Notes under the pieces: model-generated
What the model was told of the DNA's origin: nothing
What the model saw: only the letters and a program-made list of their open reading frames with translations
The model's database searches: none
Source: Mobula birostris
Taxonomy: Eukaryota
Assembly (NCBI RefSeq): GCF_030028105.1
Contig: NC_092376.1
Location: forward strand, 170,839,613 to 170,903,612
Direction of reading: 5' to 3'
DNA: 64,000 bases
In this document: one piece after another, positions 57,101-64,000 of the stretch
How positions within the stretch are numbered: the stretch's first letter is position 1
Layout of the letters: each line of letters begins with the position of its first letter
Position numbers and translations under genes: made by a program

Positions 57101-60100
57101 TATTAACATCCTTGACTGAAAATCAATTCATGAGAACTAAAAGTGATTTTTATATTCATAGTGATAAATCGGGTAAACTATTGGATAATCAATTGAAATT
57201 TACTTCGGTTAAACATCAAATTACTAAGATTCGCAAACACGATGATACTTTGACAGTTGATCATGACGAGATAAACAAAACCTTTCAAGAATTTTATACC
57301 TCTTTATATCACTGATTTTCCTCATGATTTTAATATTATGCATGATTTTATAAGTAAACTGAATTTTCCAAAATTATCACCGGAAGATTCCTCATCATTA
57401 GAAACTCCTATTACTGAGGAAGGAATAACAACTGCAATCTCATCAATGAATTCTGGTAAAGCACCTGGTCTGGGTGGGTTTACAGTGGAATTTTTAAAAC
57501 CCTTTTCCACTATTCTCTCTCCTCGGTTGTCTAGAATATTCAAAGAAGCAATCAGTTTAGATAAATTACCACAATCGTTTTATGAAGCCTCTATTTCCTT
57601 AATTCTTAAAAAGAACAAAGATTCTACTGATTTTTCCTCATATAGACCGATATCTCTTTTGAATGTAGATTCAAAAATTTTTTCAAAAATTTTAACAACT
57701 AGTTTAGAGAAGGTATTACCTCAAGTTATATCTATGGACCAAACTGGATTTATTAAAAATCGTTATTCATCTTTTAATATTAGGAGGTTAATGAATATTG
57801 TTTATACCCCTTCATTTAATACTCTGGAATGTATTATCTCTTTAGATGCTGAGAAAGTCTTTGACAGAGTAGAATGGCCTTATTTATTTAGTGTGCTCGA
57901 GAAATTTAATTTTAGCTTGGTATTTATATCTTGGATTAAATTGTTATATCATACCCCGGTAGCTTCCGTTTGTACTAATAATCAAAGATCTCCCATTTTC
58001 CGTCTATTTTGTGGTACTAGGCAAGGATGCCCTCTTAGTCCTTTACTATTTAATATCACGCTTGAACCTTTAGCAATTGCTATCCATGACTCGCGTTATT
58101 ATATATCTCTAATCCGGAGAAGTCAATTCCTGCTATTTTAGCTTTGTTGGCTCAATTTAGTAATTTTTATGGCTACAAATTAAACTTTAATAAGAGTGAA
58201 TTATTTCCCCTAAATAAGCAGGTACCTATTTATGGATGATTACCATTTAAATTGGTTACTGACTCGTTTATATATTTAGGGATTATAATTACGAGAAAGT
58301 ATAAAGATTTATTTAAAGCTAATTTTTTACCTTTAATTGATCAGATTAAACTTTTGTTTACTAAATGGTCACCAATATCTTTGCCTTTGATTGGTCGGAT
58401 TAATGCTATTAAGATAATTATTTTGCCTAAATTTCTATATGTATTTCAATCGGTTCCTATTTTTATCCCAAAATCTTTTTTTGATAATGTCGACTCAAAA
58501 ATTTCCTCATATATATGGTAGAACAAAAATCCTAGGCTAGGTAGAAGGTATTTACATAAATCTATAAATGTGGGGGGGTTAGCACTCCCGAATGTTAGAT
58601 TTTATTATTGGGCTATTAATATTCGATACTTAAAATTTTGGTTACGAGATTTGGATGCAATTTCAAGTCCACATTGGGTAAGTCTTGAATGTAATTCATT
58701 ACAAGGGTCTCCTTTGGGTTCAGTTTTAGGAACTTCACTTCCTTTTATTTCTTCTAAATTGTATAAACAAATGAATAATCCAATAGTTAAGCATACCTTA
58801 CATATATGGTTTCAATTCTGAAAATCTTTTGGGTTGAATCAATTTATTTTAGCAAGTCCTATTATATCTAATTTCCTTTTTCAACCCTCCACTATGGATC
58901 AAGCTTACTTTGATTGGAAAATCAAAGATATAGTATGATTTTGTGATTTATTTTTGGATAATTGTTTTATGTCCTTTGATCAACTTTCTAATAAATATAA
59001 TTTACTCAGATCTCATTTTTTTAGATATCTACAGGTTAGAAACTTTTTAATTACTGTTTCTCCTAATTTTCCACACTTATATCCAATGGATATTTTGGGG
59101 AAAAAAATTAGATTTAAATCTCTCTCAGAAAAGTGTTGTAGCAATTATTTATAATATAATTATAAATTTATGTCCTGATGTTTCTAATAAAATTAAAACT
59201 GATTGGGAAAGAGAACTTAAGATTATTATACCGATTGAAAAATTAATTCATCTTCTATATGTGCTAAACATGCGTTGATACAGTTTAAAGTAGTACACAG
59301 GGCTCATATGTCCAAAGATAAGCTATCTCGTTATTATTCTCATATAAATCCTATACGTGATAGATGTCATTCCGAGATAGCTTCTTTAACTCACATGTTT
59401 TGGTCATGTCCTTTGTTGGAAAAATATTGGAAAGATATTTTTGATATTATTTCAATGGTTTTGAATACAGACTTACAACCTCACCCAATTACTGCTATTT
59501 TTGGATTACCAATTATAGGATCAAATCATTTAACCTCTTCAGCTCATTGGATGATTGCATTTCTTACTTTAATGGCTAGAAGATCCATTTTGCTGAATTG
59601 GAAAGAGATTACCCCTCCTACTATATTTCACTGGTTTTCACAAACTATGTTGTGTTTAAATTTGGAAAAAAATAGAAGTGTGGTTTATGACCCTTCCATT
59701 AAATTTGAAAAAACTTGGAGGCCATTTATTCAGCATTTTCATATGATGTAATTTGACCACTTCCAAACTTATTTTACTTCTCTGTGGTGTGGTTGAGAGG
59801 AAAGGAGTCGTCGACCCTAAGGTTTTCTTTTCTCCCATTTTTTACGATGTTAAAACATCCCAGGTCTTTTTTTAGTTTAGTTGATTAATTCTGTTTAGAT
59901 TAGTTTTTCTTTGAGTGGGTTTTATTTTTTTTTCTTTTTTTTCTTTTTTCACGATTTTTGTCTACATATTTTTTTGTCCTGTATTATTTATTGGTAGCCT
60001 ATATGATTGGGAGTTTTGTCAATTAAGTACTATTTGGTTTTATAATTACTCATGTTATGTATAATAATGTATTCCCAATAACTGTATTATTATTATGCTA

Positions 60101-60143
60101 TGTTTCTATTCTATGAAACAAATAAAAAGATTGAAAAAGAAAG
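54191..60143 (+). mobile_element. Near full-length L1-clade LINE, degenerate
   Basis: ORF1 remnants at ~54300-55230. ORF2: EN (VSWNTNGLN, IFAQE, NVYAP, GGDFN, SDH), RT (SYRPISLLNVDSK, SLDAEKVFDRVEW, GTRQGCPLSPLLF) and C-terminal RCHSEIASLTHMFWSC. T-rich 3' UTR with AATAAA. Possible 15-bp TSD aataagaatcagatc / aataagattcaaatc (13/15). Confidence 0.88.
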
Positions 60144-60789
60144 AATAAGATTCAAATCCAATGTCACTAGCATATGTCATGGAATTTGTTGCTTTGCAGT
60201 AACAGTACGTTGCAAAAGTGGACCTCTGTTGGTCAAGGTTGACCAAGGATGTTGCGTCACAGCTGTCTGTATAATACGCAAGCCAGGGAAGTACGATATG
60301 GAGAACAAGCTGTTGTCCATGTTGTCGGTTCCCCCTCTCCACACATCTGATGAATCCAAAGGAATGGCAGAGACAAATACTGTTTGTCACCAACGGCATT
60401 GCAGGAGTTTCTAGGCAGCATTGAACTCAACGCAAGAATGTTTTAGGGACTCCAGTTCCAGATTTTTTCCTTGGGGTTTATTTCCAAAACTTTCCCCATG
60501 AATGGTCCAGCTGAAAAGGCAGGGGAGGTTGGAGATCAGTTTTTCTCCTCCTGGATGAGCTGCCAACCATGGGTGACAAGCACAATTTGTTCAAAATGTC
60601 TGATTTGAAGGTGTCAGTAACCTGCTTTTGCCCCTTCTCCTGTGAGAAGAAACTATTCCACTGGGCTTAATAGTTAAGGCACATGTAAAGGTGAAGAACT
60701 GGATGGTTGTCAGGGGTGATTTCAGGTGCATGCCATTGGGAGCATTTAATAGGTAGTGGGATCTTATCCCAGCAGTAACAACCTTCAGA

Positions 60790-61689
60790 TGTTGCAATGA
60801 AGTGAAGGAAAGCGGACCCAAGAGCAGGACACAGACACAGAGGTAGCATTAACAGAAGTGTATTTATTAATAGTTTTCAGGAAGGCCGGAGAGTGAGGAT
60901 TAGAAGCCAACATGGATGTATATGTTGGACAACAAACCGGAGGAACCCGGACTTGGACTCGGACGTGGAACCTGGACTTGGACTCAGACGTGGGCTCGGA
61001 CTTGACTTGGACTCGGAGCCTGGACTTGGACTTGACTTGGACATGGAGAGTAGACTTGGACATGAACGTGAACACAGAGCCTGAACTTGGACATGGAAAT
61101 GGACCCAAAGCGTGGACTTGGACTTGGATCAGGAGCCTGGACTTGGACACGAAGAGACAGAATACCCAACTCAGAGTAGCGGCAAAAGGCTGGACCTACT
61201 CAGCTGGAACCAAGACAACTAAACCAAACAACAACAGACAGTTCAAATCACGGAGTAGCTCATGAACAGCAAACAGCCAGCAATCACTCAGCTTGACACA
61301 AAGAGACAGAATTCCCAACTTAGAGCAGCGGCAAACGGCCGGACCCACTCAGCTGGAAACGAAACGACAAAAACCAAACAATGACAGTCCATTTGTATCT
61401 TGGCTCGGAGTGGCAGCAAAACAGCCAGCAACTCAGCTGGACACAAAAATGACTGAATTCACTAGGCAGCCACAGGCATTGAAGCAACTTAGAGTCCATG
61501 ATTCCTGGCGGATCCAGAACGAGCACAGCTGCCCTGGCTACGGTGATGAACCAGCAGCGAGTAGATGTAAGCCGGAGTTTTTATGCTGCCGGTCCGAATG
61601 AGAAACAGGTGCCCTAATCAAGGAGTCCAGTGGAACATGGGGACGAGGAAATTAACTGAAATGAGTAGTCAACGGACCGGACCGTGACA
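60790..61689 (-). mobile_element. Solo-LTR-like element, diverged relative of the 13879/27269/37227 family
   Basis: Shares the terminal ggaccggaccgtgaca and the gacacagacac.gag segment with the other copies. No convincing TSD. Confidence 0.6.
60945..61150. repeat. Degenerate 6-bp-based (GGACTT/TGGACT) tandem array inside the LTR-like element
   Basis: Repeated ggacttggac. It produces the spurious TWT/LDL-repeat ORFs in the track. Confidence 0.8.
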
Positions 61690-61736
61690 TAAGGAACCTA
61701 CATTGCAAGACAAAGTAATAAAAATTTTAACTTACA

Positions 61737-61737
<1 letters not shown>

Positions 61738-61766
<29 letters not shown>
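61738..61766. repeat. (AT)n microsatellite
   Basis: About 13-14 AT units visible directly. Confidence 0.9.
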
Positions 61767-61772
<6 letters not shown>

Positions 61773-62214
61773 AACTACATAATTTAAGCAAATAGAGAGG
61801 AAAAATACTAAGGAATTGAGCATGGGTTTACTGTCCATTCAGCGATCTGATGGTGAATGGAAAGAAGCTGTTCCTGAAATATTGAGTGTTTGTCTTTTGG
61901 ATCCTGTATCTTTTCCTTGATGGTAGCAATGAGAAGAGGGCATGTCTGAAGTAATGGGCTGTCTACACCATTTTGCTTGACTCATAGAAAAATATTTCTG
62001 GCGAATTACTCAGTGAGATAGGGCCTCTCAGTGGGAAAAAATCACCTGCCGTTCGACCCTGTTCACATTTAATCTGTTTTCCCAACCCACCTGCCTCCCT
62101 GTGACTTCTATCACTGTTATTGATAACTGCCCCTACTGATCACCAGGGTCATCTTCCTTGTTCACCTCAACATTCTTCAAAGGGAACATATTCTGTTTGT
62201 GAGAGGGAGAGATT

Positions 62215-62510
62215 AGTTTGATTTGTCACATGTCCAACAAACATTAAAAAATGCGGTGAAGTGCGTCATTTCGAGTAGTTTGCGATGCGCTGTGGCAGCA
62301 TGTTCGTGTTGCCATGCTTTTGGCGCCAACACAGCATGCCCACAACTCACCAACCCCAACCCGTACATCTTCTGTATGTGTGAGGAAACTGGAGCATTCA
62401 GAGCACCTCAACGCGGAATGTACAGACTCCTTTCGGACAGCAGCGGGAATCGAATCGAATCCGGATCTCTGGCGCTGTAAATCGAATACATTAACCGCTA
62501 TGCTACCGCA
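62215..62510 (-). mobile_element. V-SINE copy
   Basis: Reverse complement of the core seen at 43510-43765 (ggaaactggagca..., cggacagcagcgggaatcgaa). Confidence 0.6.
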
Positions 62511-64000
62511 GGGAGTGTGACCGAGTGTGGAGCTGAGATCACACCCGCCTGAACAGATTTCTGCTGGGACGAGTTAAGCCCTCTCTCCGATTTCCTGATT
62601 CCAGTTCATTGAATTTCTCTCTCCTGCATCTCTCGGCTCCTCCTCGTTCCAGCTGAGCACAAGTGGGAGACTAACACAAAGTATGAGATCACACAATCTG
62701 CAGAAGTTTGACGGCTGGTTCTCCACACAGAGAGAGATTTCCCTTCATCAATCACAGTCACCTTGTTTCAGTTTATCAGCACCTCTGTCCCATATTGGTA
62801 CAAAGGTCAAAAATAAACCGATTCCAATTGCAGACTGGGGCGTTTGAGAAATAAACTCAACGAGCAGAACACCGAGGGTTAAAATCCCGCACATACCGAG
62901 CGCAGACTCACCGCGGATAAAGAGTTGGCTGAGCCGAGACTCGTGTCAATGGAAGTCACTGTGGTTCACCACCGCTCTTCCCCTTCAGGATGTGGTGCGG
63001 TACCGCACTGCTCAATGTGCAGAATATCAACACCAGCAGCTTTCTGCAGAGATGAACACTGCGGGAAGCTCCCAGCAACAAGTTGAGCAAAACTGGAAGC
63101 CGAAAACCCCTCGATGGAGGTGTGAGAGCCCACTGACTCACCAAACCACAGTGACAAATTGTTTCAGCGGATGAAACAGCAACATGGCTCCTCGGCATCC
63201 TTCATACAACCAAAGCTGACAGTAGATTACCAGGGGCGAGGGCAGTCGAGGCCTCTGCCCCAGCCGACTCCCTGTCCCTCTTTCAGGGCAAGTTCGTGCC
63301 TGAGTACCCTTAGAGAGGGAGCATGTGGTTTCTGTGGACACAGTGTGGGATTTCCGGGAACTGGCTGTTTTGTAGATACTAGTAGCCGTATTTTATAGCT
63401 GTAGAGTGAACACAGACAAAAATAGACAAACAACCAAGATGCAAAAGAAGGCAAACTGTGTAAATACAAAAAACAATCAATACATAGATACATAAATACA
63501 TACATAAAGAAGTAAATTAGTAACATTGAGAACATGAGTTGTAGGGTCCTTGAAATTGAGTCCACAGGTTCTGGAATCATTCAGTTTTGAGATGAGTGAA
63601 GTTATCCGTGCTGGTTTAACACCCTGATGTTTGAAAGGTAATAACTGTTCCTAAACCTGGTAGTGTGTGACCTAGGGTTCCTTTAGCATTCCTGATGGCA
63701 GCAGCAAGAAGAGTGCATGACCTGGATGGTGTGGGTCCTTGATGATGGATGCTGCTTTCTTGTGGCAACGCTCCTTCTAGAAGTGCTCTGTGGTGGGGAA
63801 GGCTTTTCCTGTGATAGACTGGGCCTTATCCATTAATTTTTGTAGACTATTCCATTCTTGTGTGTTGGTGTTTCCATACCAGGTCATGAGGCAGCTGGTA
63901 AGAATACTCCCACTGTGCATCTAGAGAAATTTGTCAATGAAATTTAGAAGGTGAATAATTGATATTCATTAATATTGTGTGTGAGTGCATGTGTGTGTGT

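Larger units (their letters stand above)
53290..62960 (-). ncRNA. Candidate spliced non-coding transcript, convergent with gene B
   Basis: Consensus splice sites on the - strand: donor gtgagt after 62912; exon 62192-62091 (cag / gtgggt, stops in all three frames); exon 53888-53690 (long pyrimidine tract / gtgagt); terminal exon from 53355 with AATAAA at 53295-53290. Splice motifs only, no expression evidence. Confidence 0.3.

Noticed and set aside
60893-61265. Low-complexity ORFs (TWT/LDL repeats)
   Set aside because: Translation of a 6-bp-based tandem array within an LTR-like element.
60785-61694. 5-bp TSD for the right-hand LTR-like element
   Set aside because: The flanks tcaga and taagg do not match, so the left boundary remains approximate.

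Overview
Eukaryotic (vertebrate) genomic DNA, most likely a cartilaginous fish (ray or shark). That assignment is inferred from the repeat content: CR1, V-SINE, Nimb, Rex1 and L1. Most of the supplied ORF track is uninformative because the real genes are spliced. The window holds two tandem paralogs of an immunoglobulin-superfamily (IgSF) receptor family on the + strand. Gene A (437-~2094) runs off the left edge and shows Ig exons D2, D3 and D4 with no in-frame transmembrane exon. Gene B (~8985/9226-50788) can be assembled by hand into one uninterrupted reading frame: V-C2-V-C2 ectodomain, TM, and four cytoplasmic exons with two ITIM-type motifs (IHYASI, VIYAQI). The architecture resembles the CD4/LAG-3/G6F-like group, but there is no Lck-binding motif, D1 is not split by an intron, and D1 and D2 have lost canonical cysteines. 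Most of the remaining sequence is transposons, many nested and with intact target-site duplications: two hAT elements, several CR1, a Nimb LINE, Rex1 fragments, a Gypsy provirus, four solo LTRs, Tc1-type MITEs and a near-full-length L1. A possible non-coding spliced transcript lies on the - strand at right. No rRNA, tRNA or CRISPR features were found. Exon boundaries and TSDs were read by eye, and no database searches were run.
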